Part shown: positions 8,831 to 18,408 of the stretch, one piece after another
Position numbering within the stretch: position 1 is the first letter of the stretch
Layout of the letters: each line of letters starts with the position of its first letter
Assembly: GCA_001002415.1 (NCBI GenBank)
Contig: LCMB01000005.1
Span: 13,621-77,620 of the forward strand
Length of the DNA stretch: 64,000 nt
Source of the DNA: Microgenomates group bacterium GW2011_GWF2_46_18
GTDB taxonomy: Bacteria > Patescibacteriota > Microgenomatia > UBA1400 > UBA12108
Direction: 5' to 3'
Program-made: the position numbers and the translations under genes
Notes under the pieces: generated by a model
Database searches by the model: none
What the model saw: only the letters and a program-made list of their open reading frames with translations
What the model was told of the DNA's origin: nothing

Positions 8831-8944
8831 ACGTATAGTATAGCGACAAGCAGAACAATTTTCAGCGCGGAACCATCCATCTGGGTAGCCAGATGACGAT
8901 GTGAGCACTGCAAAATGTGATGTTTGGCGCTAAAATACCTCAAC

Positions 8945-9949
8945 ATGACTAAAGAACCTACCATCCTCTCTATCGAAACCAGTCTCGACGACACTTGTGC
9001 CGCCGTCACCTGTGGCCGGCGCGTCCTTAGTAATGTCGTTTCCTCTCAAAGTAGTTATCACGCCGATTGGGGCGGGACCGTCCCCGATTTGGCCAAACGT
9101 CTCCACCAAAAGTGGCTCCCCCAAGTCGTTAATCTCGCTCTCAAACAAGCTGGAACCCCTCAGCTGGATGCTCTTGCCGTCACCATCGGTCCCGGCCTCG
9201 CCCCTGCCCTTGAACAAGGAATTGCTTACTGTCAACACTTAGCCCTAAACCATAAGCTACCCATTATCGCCGTCAATCATCTGGAGGGACACCTTTTGTC
9301 CAGTTTTGCCGAAACCCGATCCGGTTCCCGTGGGTTAACCAAACCCATCTACCCCACTTTGGGTTTCCTGATCTCGGGCGGCCACACCGAACTAGTCCTA
9401 ATGCACCAAATCGGCCGCTACGAACTCTTGGGTGAAACCTTAGACGATGCTGCCGGCGAGGCCTACGACAAAGTGGCTCGTTTACTCATGCTAGGCTATC
9501 CTGGTGGTCCCCTCCTCAGTAGCCTCGCTCAATCGGGCACTCCTCGCTACCCTCTCCCCGAACCCATGACCGCTCGGAAAGATCTCAATTTTAGTTTTTC
9601 TGGTCTCAAAGCCGCCGCTCGCCGATACCTAGAACACGAACAACCCGCTCTAACCCTCCAATTTACTCAGGATTTTGCCGCCAGTTTCCAACAGGCTGTT
9701 TTTAAACATCTCTTAACCCGCTTCCGCCGTGCCATCGACTTATATTCTCCCCGAATGATTCTCTTGGGAGGTGGGGTCGTCAGTAACGTGGCTCTTCGCG
9801 CGCTCACTCGCTCGGTAGCCAACGAATCCGGCCTCCCCGTCTACTTTCCCTCCAACAAGAAATTGATCACTGATAATGCGGCCATGATCGGCATCGTGGC
9901 CTCCTATAAATTTGCTCGCCAAGAATTTACCGATCCAAAACTTTCCTAA
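8945..9949 (+). CDS. tsaD: tRNA N6-adenosine threonylcarbamoyltransferase
   Basis: ILSIETSLDDTCAAV...GGTVPDLAKRLH...AVTIGPGLAPAL...VNHLEGHL, Kae1/TsaD motifs. Start chosen at MTKEPT; TAAAAT at 8931-8936 lies 8 nt upstream. Confidence 0.9.
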   Translation: MTKEPTILSIETSLDDTCAAVTCGRRVLSNVVSSQSSYHADWGGTVPDLAKRLHQKWLPQVVNLALKQAGTPQLDALAVTIGPGLAPALEQGIAYCQHLALNHKLPIIAVNHLEGHLLSSFAETRSGSRGLTKPIYPTLGFLISGGHTELVLMHQIGRYELLGETLDDAAGEAYDKVARLLMLGYPGGPLLSSLAQSGTPRYPLPEPMTARKDLNFSFSGLKAAARRYLEHEQPALTLQFTQDFAASFQQAVFKHLLTRFRRAIDLYSPRMILLGGGVVSNVALRALTRSVANESGLPVYFPSNKKLITDNAAMIGIVASYKFARQEFTDPKLS

Positions 9950-10292
9950 CAACCGCTACCGGCAGCATCAAACACTTCATCCTCCCTGGGTTAACCGTAA
10001 ATCCAATCCCTTTCGAAAGTAAATCTTCCTCACTCATTTTCCGTATCTCCTGCAAGGTCCGACCTCGTAGATACTCGCTCAGCTTGCTAGCCGCCGCGGT
10101 CGTAATCGCACACCCTATCCCCTTCCATTTCACCTCCTCGATTCTCCCTTTCTTAATTTTCAAATAGAATTGGACCATATCTCCACAACTGGCATTACTA
10201 TCTCGCGCACTCTCTACTCCCTCTCCCGTCAGCTCTCCCTGATTTCTTGGGTGTTCGTAATGATCTAACACGTCCTCTCGATATAAATCCAT
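9927..10292 (-). CDS. sufU: SUF system Fe-S scaffold, SufU/NifU-like
   Basis: LYREDVLDHYEHPRNQGEL...CGD...GCAIT motifs. Immediately downstream of sufS. Confidence 0.85.
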   Translation of the reverse strand: MDLYREDVLDHYEHPRNQGELTGEGVESARDSNASCGDMVQFYLKIKKGRIEEVKWKGIGCAITTAAASKLSEYLRGRTLQEIRKMSEEDLLSKGIGFTVNPGRMKCLMLPVAVVRKVLDR

Positions 10293-10294
10293 AC

Positions 10295-11524
10295 CTATTT
10301 CCCAAAAACTGTTTTTACTTTTTGTAAAGCCTCTACCAACTTCTTGATGTCTTCCTTCGTCGTATACACATTAAAACTTGCCCGAACCGATGCGGTAATC
10401 CCCATCGATTTATGTAGTGGCATAGTACAGTGATGTCCGCTCCGTACCGCCACTCCCTCCGAATCCAAAATCGTCGCCACATCATGCGCATGTACCCCCT
10501 GGTATTCAAAACTCACACTGCCAGATCTGTAGTTAGCATCTTTCGGCCCCAAAATTACAAGGTTCCGTACCTTGTAAAATTCCTGCAGTGCATATTCAAC
10601 AATTTGCTTATCGTGTCCTCTCACTTCTTCCATCCCCAATCGTTCTAGGTAATCAATCGCACTTGCTAGTCCCACCGCTCCGGCTACATTGGGTGTTCCC
10701 GCCTCAAATTTATCTGGTAAATCGGCCCAAGTTGAGTTCTCCCTAGTTACCTCATTAATCATCCCTCCGCCCGTCAAAAATGGTGACATTGGGTCTAATA
10801 TTTCCCTTCGTCCTACCAAAACTCCTATTCCCATTGGTCCCAACATTTTGTGACCACTAAAAGCATAAAAATCACACCCAATTTGATTCACCTTTACTCC
10901 CATGTGTGGGACCGCTTGCGCTCCGTCAACTACTACCACCGCCCCTGCCTTATGTGCCATTTTGGTCATTTTTTTGACCGGATTAATGGTTCCCAAAGCG
11001 TTAGATACATGTCCAAATGCCACCAGTTTGGGTGCCAGAGTTAATTTTTGCTGGTATTCCGCGAGGTCAAGTAATCCTTCGCTCGTTACCCCCACCACTT
11101 CCACTTTTGCTCCAGTTCTTCTGGCCACTTCTTGCCAGGGCACCAAATTAGAGTGGTGTTCCATTACTGTCGTCACCATCGTGTCACCCTGTTTCAAATT
11201 ATCGAGTCCCCACGTATACGCCACCAAATTGAGTGCTTCCGTAGTATTTCTAACAAAAATTACTTCCCCTTCTCTTACTCCCACAAACCTTGCCACTGTC
11301 TGCCTAGCTTTCGCTAATAATTGTGTTGCCTCATCTCCCAGCGTATGGGCTCCCCGGTGAACATTGGCGTTATGTTGTTCGTAATACTCCTTTTCTGCCA
11401 GCAACACTTCCCTGGGTTTCTGGCTGGTCGCCGCACTATCCAAATAAACCAGGGGCTTACCCTTAACTTCCCGCGTTAGTATTGGAAAATCTCTCCGTAG
11501 TACCTTTGGGTCAAACATAGGCAA
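10295..11524 (-). CDS. sufS: cysteine desulfurase, SufS type
   Basis: 409 aa class-V aminotransferase: YLDSAATSQKP...FSGHKMLGPMGIG...RSGHHC. Confidence 0.9.
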   Translation of the reverse strand: MPMFDPKVLRRDFPILTREVKGKPLVYLDSAATSQKPREVLLAEKEYYEQHNANVHRGAHTLGDEATQLLAKARQTVARFVGVREGEVIFVRNTTEALNLVAYTWGLDNLKQGDTMVTTVMEHHSNLVPWQEVARRTGAKVEVVGVTSEGLLDLAEYQQKLTLAPKLVAFGHVSNALGTINPVKKMTKMAHKAGAVVVVDGAQAVPHMGVKVNQIGCDFYAFSGHKMLGPMGIGVLVGRREILDPMSPFLTGGGMINEVTRENSTWADLPDKFEAGTPNVAGAVGLASAIDYLERLGMEEVRGHDKQIVEYALQEFYKVRNLVILGPKDANYRSGSVSFEYQGVHAHDVATILDSEGVAVRSGHHCTMPLHKSMGITASVRASFNVYTTKEDIKKLVEALQKVKTVFGK

Positions 11525-11525
11525 A

Positions 11526-11993
11526 TTATACTCCCAACCATCCCAAAACTATCTTGTCGATTGCTTCCGCCTCGCTTAATCCCCGGCTTCGCAAATACCC
11601 AATTTGTTCTGAATCCACTGGTCCTACACTGGCCGCGTGGCTAGCCTTGACATTATTTGCTTCGATCTCCAACTCTGGCTCTGCCATCACTTGGGACGTT
11701 GAAGAAAGCATTAACCCTCGCATCTCCAGAAAATTCTCTGTCTCTTGCGCCTTCTTTGCGATTTTAATTACCCCTCTGATTTTTACTCTCGCATTTCTTC
11801 CCACCACCGTTTTTACCGTCACCCTTCCTCTTGTCTCTCCCACTCGGTGGTCAGCCACCACCAAAAGCTCATACTCCCCCTCTCCTCTGGCATCAATAAT
11901 CCCCTCCCACTCCTTCTCCTCCCCCCTTTTCTCAAACAGAATCACTACCTTCCACTTCCCTGGTTTACTATATTTTTTAACTATTTTTCGCAT
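11526..11993 (-). CDS. sufD: truncated SufD-like Fe-S assembly protein (C-terminal domain only)
   Basis: VKASHAASVGPVDSEQIGYLRSRGLSEAEA matches the SufB/SufD C-terminal region. Only 155 aa. Confidence 0.7.
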   Translation of the reverse strand: MRKIVKKYSKPGKWKVVILFEKRGEEKEWEGIIDARGEGEYELLVVADHRVGETRGRVTVKTVVGRNARVKIRGVIKIAKKAQETENFLEMRGLMLSSTSQVMAEPELEIEANNVKASHAASVGPVDSEQIGYLRSRGLSEAEAIDKIVLGWLGV

Positions 11994-12013
11994 ACAAAGT
12001 CCTCAAAAATGCA

Positions 12014-12128
12014 GGGTGCAGACGTGTTTCACAACTGAAAAAGTTTACGCAGCGCGACTGGCGCGAGTTCGAGGCGGCTCCGCACCAGCGGAGAACGCCG
12101 TCTTTTTCAAGTGAAATACGTCGAACCC
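12014..12128. repeat. structured intergenic repeat, copy 1 (long imperfect hairpin with two internal hairpins)
   Basis: GGGTGCAGACGTGTTTCACAACTGAAAAAG...CTTTTTCAAGTGAAATACGTCGAACCC. Second copy at 27622-27741. Lies between sufB and the sufD-like gene. Confidence 0.8.
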
Positions 12129-12143
12129 CAGCAGGTATGTTCT

Positions 12144-13520
12144 TCATCCTACACTTCCAATCATTTCCAATTTAACTAATCTGTTTAGCTCCACCGCATA
12201 CTCCAAAGGCAACTCCGCCACAATCGGCTCCAAAAATCCCCTAATTATCAAAGTCTGCGCTTCTTCCTCGGTCAACCCACGGCTCATTAAATATTTTATC
12301 TGTTCCTCCCCCACTCGAGAGACATAAGCCTCATGCTCAATTTGAGAGCTCCCTGTCAAAATCTGATTATTGGGATACGTATCACTCCGACTTAAGGGGT
12401 CCATAATCAAAGCGTCACACGTAACCTTACTCCGAGATCCTAGAGCGGCCGGACCCATCTTTACTTGTCCCCGATAACTAGCTCTTCCCCCCTTTTGACT
12501 AATCGATTTACTAATTATTCGCGAAGTTGTTCGGGGAGCCAGGTGTATCATCTTCGCTCCCGTGTCTTGGTCTTGACCATTGCCTGCGACCGCCATCGAC
12601 AACATCTCTCCATGTGCTCCTTCTCCCTGCAAAATACAACTCGGATATTTCATTGTTACCCTCGATCCCAAATTACAGTCCACCCACTCCATCGTGGCGT
12701 CTTTTGCGACCGTTGCCCGCTTAGTCACCAAGTTGTAAACCGTCTTATACCAATTTTGCACCGTCGTATACCGAACTTTTGCTCGCTCCTTCACAATCAC
12801 TTCCACTACCGCCGCATGTAAACTAGCACTGCTATACGCTGGTGCACTACATCCTTCCACATAATGGACCCTCGCCCCCTCCTCAACCACAATCAATGTT
12901 CTCTCAAACTGTCCGGCTTTCTCCGCATTAATCCGAAAATACGCTTGGAGCGGCAAATCGACTTGGATTCCTGCTGGTACATATACAAAACTCCCGCCGC
13001 TCCACACCGCTGTATTTAACGCCGCCAGCTTATTGTCTCCGTATGGCACAATTTTGCCAAAATATTTCTTGACTATTTCTGGGTATTGCGTAAGTCCTTC
13101 GTCCATCGACAAAAACACTACTCCTTGTTTCGCCAAACTTGCTTTAAGACTTCCATAAATTTTTTCGCTATCAAACTGAGCGGTTACTCCTGCTAAAAAG
13201 GCCTTTTCTGCTTCTGGTACTCCGATTGCCGTAAACACTCGGCGCACCGAATCTGGTACTTCCTTCCAACTTTTGTATGGCAAGTCCACTGGCCGCAAAT
13301 AATAATAGATTTCCCCCCACTTAATTTGTGACAAATCCGCTCCCCAGGATGGTATCGGCATGGCCTCAAACTGTTCTAGTGCCACAAGCCTCATTTTAAG
13401 CATCCATGCCGGCTCTCCCTTTTTCCGTGAAATCTCTCTCACCAGGTTCTCACTTAATCCTCTTTGGCTCTTATAGCGATAGCTCCCCGTACCACTGTTC
13501 TCATTCAATATCTGTTTCAT
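12144..13520 (-). CDS. sufB: Fe-S cluster assembly protein SufB
   Basis: 458 aa; conserved SufB blocks (GGSFVYVP, HYVEGCSAP, SRGLTEEEA). Confidence 0.9.
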   Translation of the reverse strand: MKQILNENSGTGSYRYKSQRGLSENLVREISRKKGEPAWMLKMRLVALEQFEAMPIPSWGADLSQIKWGEIYYYLRPVDLPYKSWKEVPDSVRRVFTAIGVPEAEKAFLAGVTAQFDSEKIYGSLKASLAKQGVVFLSMDEGLTQYPEIVKKYFGKIVPYGDNKLAALNTAVWSGGSFVYVPAGIQVDLPLQAYFRINAEKAGQFERTLIVVEEGARVHYVEGCSAPAYSSASLHAAVVEVIVKERAKVRYTTVQNWYKTVYNLVTKRATVAKDATMEWVDCNLGSRVTMKYPSCILQGEGAHGEMLSMAVAGNGQDQDTGAKMIHLAPRTTSRIISKSISQKGGRASYRGQVKMGPAALGSRSKVTCDALIMDPLSRSDTYPNNQILTGSSQIEHEAYVSRVGEEQIKYLMSRGLTEEEAQTLIIRGFLEPIVAELPLEYAVELNRLVKLEMIGSVG

Positions 13521-13525
13521 ACTCT

Positions 13526-14188
13526 CTATTTCATCTCCACAATTTCATCCACTTCAATTTCTTCCAACATTTTCTTGTTATGCGTAATTAGTAAAAAGCT
13601 GGTACCAGTCTTTTTCATCTCATTTATCACCTCCGCCACCATCTCCACTCCTTTAGCATCGATTCCCGAATCTACTTCGTCCAATATCGCGAGGCTCGGC
13701 TGTAACAGTAATAATTGCAATAATTCCAATCTCTTCTTCTCTCCCCCACTAAACCCCTCATTCATATTTCTCCCCACATGTTTCTTCGTTAAACCGACCC
13801 GAATTGCCAAACTTTCTAATTCTTTTTTAAATTCCGTTAGTTTTTCGATCTTGCCTCTTCCTATTTCGTAACTGGTTTTACACACACTAAACACACTCAC
13901 TCCGGGTATCGTCACTGGATTTTGCCACGCTACCAACATTCCCAGCCTTGCTCTTTCTGTAATGTCTAATTTTAGTAAGTCTTTTCCTCTATATAACACC
14001 TTGCTATGTTCCGAAATTTGATACCTCCTATCTCCCATTAACACTTGTGCTAAGGTAGTTTTCCCACTCCCATTTTTTCCCATCAACGCCACAACTTCGT
14101 TTTTCCCCACCCTCAAATTAAAATCTGCTATTACCCTCTTCCCCTCCACCTCTACACTCAAGTTAACTATCTGTAGCAATTCTTCCAT
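13526..14188 (-). CDS. sufC: Fe-S cluster assembly ATPase SufC
   Basis: Walker A GKNGSGKTT, ABC signature FSGGEKKR, Walker B LAILDEVDSGID. Confidence 0.9.
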   Translation of the reverse strand: MEELLQIVNLSVEVEGKRVIADFNLRVGKNEVVALMGKNGSGKTTLAQVLMGDRRYQISEHSKVLYRGKDLLKLDITERARLGMLVAWQNPVTIPGVSVFSVCKTSYEIGRGKIEKLTEFKKELESLAIRVGLTKKHVGRNMNEGFSGGEKKRLELLQLLLLQPSLAILDEVDSGIDAKGVEMVAEVINEMKKTGTSFLLITHNKKMLEEIEVDEIVEMK

Positions 14189-14190
14189 TA

Positions 14191-14601
14191 TTACTTCCTA
14201 CCCATTTCATCCAAACTATACTCATCCAAAATCTTCTCTATTTTCTCCGTTATTGCACCCATCATTCTTCGGTGAGGACATGTTTTAGCCAGAGGGCACG
14301 GCCTAGCTCCGTGTACCAAACACCCAGTTGTTGCCAATTTTCCCTCAATCGCCTCGACCACTTTTCGCAAACTAATTTTTTGCGGGTTCCCCAAGAGTCG
14401 ATATCCTCCGCCTCTTCCCTCTTTCGCCGCAATCAACCCTGCTTTGATCAAATCTCGTGCAATCTTAACCAAAAAAGATCTGGGCAACCCCGACTTCTGC
14501 ATCTTGGCTACCGATACGGTTGTCCCTCTCCCTGCCGCAACCAGCATGGTCATCATCATCAATCCATACTCTGTTTTTTTGCGAAACCGAAATGAACTCA
14601 T
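14191..14601 (-). CDS. Rrf2 family transcriptional regulator (IscR/SufR-like)
   Basis: N-terminal winged HTH (YGLMMMTMLV...) and a C-terminal Cys cluster (C...CPLAKTCP). First gene of the suf operon. Confidence 0.8.
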   Translation of the reverse strand: MSSFRFRKKTEYGLMMMTMLVAAGRGTTVSVAKMQKSGLPRSFLVKIARDLIKAGLIAAKEGRGGGYRLLGNPQKISLRKVVEAIEGKLATTGCLVHGARPCPLAKTCPHRRMMGAITEKIEKILDEYSLDEMGRK

Positions 14602-14640
14602 AAACTATCCCCATCATAATCCAAGTTTGCCAAAAATCAA

Positions 14641-15225
14641 CTAAAACAATGTCGTTTGCACTTGTACTTTCGTTTTTCTTTGTTTTTCAAAATCCACTGG
14701 CACTTCGATCAAATTGTTCCACTTATTCTTAAACCGCAAAATTTTATTTTTGACTCCGTAATCATATAATTCCTTTGTCACTTTTACGTCCTGCAAACAA
14801 TATTTTTCTAGTTTTTCCCACTCTCCCTCGTGGTAATAGGTAATTGCATCTAGTCCATGCCCGCTTTTTTGCATCCCCAAAGTCTCCTTGGCTACCGCAT
14901 CAAGGCCTACCCTGTGCCCCAAGTGTTTTTCTAATTCCACCATAATATCCAAACTGGGAAACTGGGAAAAATCTCCCCCATAGTAAGGCTTTAAGGTTGG
15001 ATAATCAAAGGCAATTGTGTTAAACCCAACTACCAAATCAGCTTGTTCCAGTCTTCGCCAAAACGGAGAAAAATTGTCTTCTCGATATCCTACATACTCT
15101 TCTTTATTTCCCTCTTCATCCCGAAAGTAGCTCCCGATGATCGACACTCCCAATTTTTCTGGGAAATATCCTCCCACCTCGTCAAACGCCTTCTTGGTCT
15201 CTACATCAAATACCAACAATTTCAT
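14641..15225 (-). CDS. RNase H-fold 3'-5' exonuclease-like protein
   Basis: MKLLVFDVET...GFNTIAFDYP...YCLQDV, DEDD-type exonuclease motifs. Confidence 0.6.
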   Translation of the reverse strand: MKLLVFDVETKKAFDEVGGYFPEKLGVSIIGSYFRDEEGNKEEYVGYREDNFSPFWRRLEQADLVVGFNTIAFDYPTLKPYYGGDFSQFPSLDIMVELEKHLGHRVGLDAVAKETLGMQKSGHGLDAITYYHEGEWEKLEKYCLQDVKVTKELYDYGVKNKILRFKNKWNNLIEVPVDFEKQRKTKVQVQTTLF

Positions 15226-15228
15226 CAG

Positions 15229-16248
15229 TTATGATTTTAGCACCTCAACCCCAGGTAAGCTTCCCTTTTCTAGCAGTGCCAGCATGGCTCCCCCCCCTGT
15301 TGAGACATGATCTATTCTGGCCAAGTGTTCCTCTTTGCCGATCATCGCCAGAGTGTCCCCCCCACCCACCAATGTATAAGCTCCTACATTTGCCGCAATC
15401 GCCTCAAAAATAGCTTCTGTTCCCTCTCGGTATATCGGTTCTTCCACCATCCCCATTGGCCCATTCCACACAACCGTTTTTGCTTTCACAATCTCCTCTG
15501 TATAAATTTTTTGGGTGGCCCTCCCTATATCCAACAAGTTGGATCCTTCAACTGGCACTAGTACTTTTGCCTTCCCCGTGACAGTTTTCTTCCCCAAAAC
15601 CCACTCATTGGCCAGTTTTCCTCCCAACAATATAATATCTGCCTGGTGAGAGAGTACTTCGATTAACTTTATTTTGTCCTCCACTTTCGCTCCCCCCATT
15701 ACTACCACATATGGTCGCTCCGGCTTCTCTCGAACCCCGATAATTGTGGCAACTTCATCTGCTAACCATAATCCCGCATAACTCGGCAAATATTTTGGAA
15801 TCCCGACGATACTGGCTACCATTCGGTGACTTTCTCCAAACGCCTCATTCACATAAATATCCCCCATTGTGGCTAGTTCCTTGGCAAAATCATCGCTATT
15901 GGCTATTTCTCCCTGAAACCACCTTACATTCTCGAGCATCACGACCCTCTCCTCAGGTACCCTGGTCAAATGATCAAACAAAACTATCTCGCTCCCCACT
16001 AACCCGCTCGCATACTCTCCTATTTGTTTTAAAGACCGCTTCTCTTCCGCCTTACCCAAATGACTAACCAATATAACTTGTGCCGCTTTCTGAGCTAACA
16101 ACCATTTAATGGTCGGTAAAGTCCGCGCGATCCGAGTATCATCCACAATCTGGAGTGCCTTACCTATCGTCACATTCCAATCCACCCGGACAATTACCCG
16201 CTTACCCGCAACCCTCGCTTGTTTAACCGTTCGTAATTGGCTTGCCAT
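15229..16248 (-). CDS. pgk: phosphoglycerate kinase (short form, 339 aa)
   Basis: GKRVIVRVDWNV...NEAFGESHR...VSTGGGAMLALLE, PGK motifs. Confidence 0.85.
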   Translation of the reverse strand: MASQLRTVKQARVAGKRVIVRVDWNVTIGKALQIVDDTRIARTLPTIKWLLAQKAAQVILVSHLGKAEEKRSLKQIGEYASGLVGSEIVLFDHLTRVPEERVVMLENVRWFQGEIANSDDFAKELATMGDIYVNEAFGESHRMVASIVGIPKYLPSYAGLWLADEVATIIGVREKPERPYVVVMGGAKVEDKIKLIEVLSHQADIILLGGKLANEWVLGKKTVTGKAKVLVPVEGSNLLDIGRATQKIYTEEIVKAKTVVWNGPMGMVEEPIYREGTEAIFEAIAANVGAYTLVGGGDTLAMIGKEEHLARIDHVSTGGGAMLALLEKGSLPGVEVLKS

Positions 16249-17068
16249 ATTTTTCGACTATTCCTACTAACTCATCCATCCTGGGTCCCGCCACTTCGCG
16301 GAAAAACTTCTCGCGATCCTTTCCTTCGTACCGGCCAAATTCCTGCCACACCGCTCTCCCCACTGCCATTCCCGCCGCTCCACTTTCACAGGCAATTATT
16401 AACTGCTCTTGATACTGTTCATAATTTACTCCTGCCGAAAGTAACACCCAGGGAACTTCTAATTTCTGGCTGATTCGAACACACTTATCCTGATTTCCCG
16501 GGTATTCCAGTTTAAAAATATCCACCGGTAAATCTATTAGCTCATCTACAATCCGTTCCACCACATATGGATCCTGACTTTTTTTGTAGGTCAAAGGCTC
16601 TAGTAGAAATATCATCCCTTCTCGCTCACACTCCTCCCCCACTTGCTTCGCGATGTCTTTTTGCTTTTTCGCTAGTTCCTTATTTTCCGGGTCATAATAT
16701 AGTAATAATTTAACCCCACTCGCTCCCAACTTCTTAGCGTCGGTAACACTCCAGCCTGGCAAAATCTCGGTTTCCCTCGCTTCTTGTTTACCTCGATACC
16801 CCGTTTTCTCCATCGAGAGGACCCATCCACATTGCGCCCTTGGATCAACCAATTCCCTCCCATAACTCGGATCAATTAATAATCCCGACACCTTATCCCG
16901 ATATAGCTCGACCATTTGCTTCTTCCACTCTCGGATTTCTTGCTCTGTCGTCACCTCCGGATCTTCCGGATGTAACATTGTTTTTAATAATCCTCGATGG
17001 TCCACCGCCGCAATCGTTATTTTGTTCTCATCTGTTAATAACTTCTGTAATCGATCTGTCTTGCTCAT
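16223..17068 (-). CDS. class I aldolase, tagatose/fructose-1,6-bisphosphate aldolase (LacD-like)
   Basis: ITIAAVDHRGLLKTML...VKLLLYYDP...FKLEYPG resembles the LacD family. Start moved to Met55 (MSKTDRL) because the upstream part overlaps the neighbouring membrane ORF. Confidence 0.6.
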   Translation of the reverse strand: MSKTDRLQKLLTDENKITIAAVDHRGLLKTMLHPEDPEVTTEQEIREWKKQMVELYRDKVSGLLIDPSYGRELVDPRAQCGWVLSMEKTGYRGKQEARETEILPGWSVTDAKKLGASGVKLLLYYDPENKELAKKQKDIAKQVGEECEREGMIFLLEPLTYKKSQDPYVVERIVDELIDLPVDIFKLEYPGNQDKCVRISQKLEVPWVLLSAGVNYEQYQEQLIIACESGAAGMAVGRAVWQEFGRYEGKDREKFFREVAGPRMDELVGIVEKYGKPITNG

Positions 17069-17088
17069 ACCTCCACTATAACATCCAA

Positions 17089-17382
17089 TTATCTCTCTTC
17101 CTTTACCAATTTCTTCTGCAATATTTTTGGTATTACCCACATCGAAAATCCACTCACCATCATAATTGCCAATACCACCGTAAACTCGATACTTATTTTG
17201 CCATGTAACCAGGCCACGTTCCTTCCCCAACCCAAGCTACTTGCCCATTTCCCCAAGGCTCGATTCTCCATTATTACTCCTGTAAATGACAGTGGTATCC
17301 CCAATCCAATCACCAACCACATTGCAAACCGATGGATCTTTTTACTCCACCCGTAAATCACTCTACCATCTATCTTTTCCAT
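17089..17382 (-). CDS. small membrane protein (2-3 TM), hypothetical
   Basis: Hydrophobic segments WLVIGLGIPLSFTGVI and FTVVLAIMMVSGFSMWVI. Fits the gap between hpf and the aldolase. Confidence 0.45.
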   Translation of the reverse strand: MEKIDGRVIYGWSKKIHRFAMWLVIGLGIPLSFTGVIMENRALGKWASSLGWGRNVAWLHGKISIEFTVVLAIMMVSGFSMWVIPKILQKKLVKEER

Positions 17383-17681
17383 TTTGTTTTCTCCTTTCCC
17401 ATTTTCTTTTTTAATCCTTGCTGCAATTTATTTATTACCTGATCCACCGCCGTCAACAAGTTTTCATCTCTACCCTCCGCTACCACATCCTTCCCAGGAA
17501 TTTTTAAATCCACCTTTACTTTATATCCCCACCGCTCTCCCTTCGAAAGTTTGACCCATCCCTCCCTCAAATCACTCGATACATGTTTTAGATACTTATC
17601 TAGTCCCGCCAATTTTTTCGCAATCTTCCTTTTAATATCTCCCTCCGTACTCACTCGATCAAACCAAAATGCTAACTTCAT
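17370..17681 (-). CDS. hpf: ribosome hibernation promoting factor / RaiA family (short)
   Basis: KIAKKLAGLDKYL...KVKVDLKIPGKDVVAEGRDENLLTAVDQVINKL. Start at MKLAFW, preceded by AAGGAGG. Confidence 0.7.
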   Translation of the reverse strand: MKLAFWFDRVSTEGDIKRKIAKKLAGLDKYLKHVSSDLREGWVKLSKGERWGYKVKVDLKIPGKDVVAEGRDENLLTAVDQVINKLQQGLKKKMGKEKTKWKR

Positions 17682-17703
17682 AGCTACTACCTCCTTAATA
17701 CTT

Positions 17704-18372
17704 TTATACTCTCCGCGCCACAATTAGTGATAGTCCCTTGCCCCACCGACTGCTATCCTCCTTTCTTTCAATCTCAAACCCAGCTTTTTGTAACTTTTTC
17801 TCAATCTTCGCTACTTGTTTCCCCTTGCGCGGATGCACCTCAACCATGATCGTTTTTACTTCGTTTAGCTCCGCCCGCTCTAATACTTCATACTCCATCC
17901 CCTCGATATCCATCTTGATTAAATCAACTCCAGGTAATATCTGATTTATCCCCACCGCCAACACCAAAAATCCTCTGGTATGCAAAACCCCTCTCCACCC
18001 CCCACAGACAATCCCCACTCCACTCCGCCATTCGTTCGTAAATATCGGCTCCTGCAAAGTGATCTCGCCGCTTTTGGGGGCAATCGCCGCATTAATACAG
18101 CTCACCTGTGTTAGTTGATTTTCCTGGATATTCTTGGTTAATAATGCAAAGTTTTGTCTATCCGGCTCGTAGGCCAAGATTCTGGCCTTGGGATAAATCT
18201 GCGCAAAGTACAAGCTCACCAACCCAATATGTGCTCCCGCATCTACAATTAACTTGGGTTCAATCCCATCTGTATAATAAGCATGTTTGGTCCAGACTTC
18301 TTTCCTGATCTCGTTAAATTCTTCCGCATTTTCATAACTTACCAGGTACTTCCCGATTCTCGCGCTCTGCAT
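17704..18372 (-). CDS. FkbM-family SAM-dependent methyltransferase
   Basis: IVDAGAHIGLVSLYFA...AYEP...IKMDIEGMEYEVL, typical FkbM motifs. Confidence 0.8.
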   Translation of the reverse strand: MQSARIGKYLVSYENAEEFNEIRKEVWTKHAYYTDGIEPKLIVDAGAHIGLVSLYFAQIYPKARILAYEPDRQNFALLTKNIQENQLTQVSCINAAIAPKSGEITLQEPIFTNEWRSGVGIVCGGWRGVLHTRGFLVLAVGINQILPGVDLIKMDIEGMEYEVLERAELNEVKTIMVEVHPRKGKQVAKIEKKLQKAGFEIERKEDSSRWGKGLSLIVARRV

Positions 18373-18408
18373 AACCCTATTATCTCACGTGTTAAAATAT
18401 CCCCGCGA

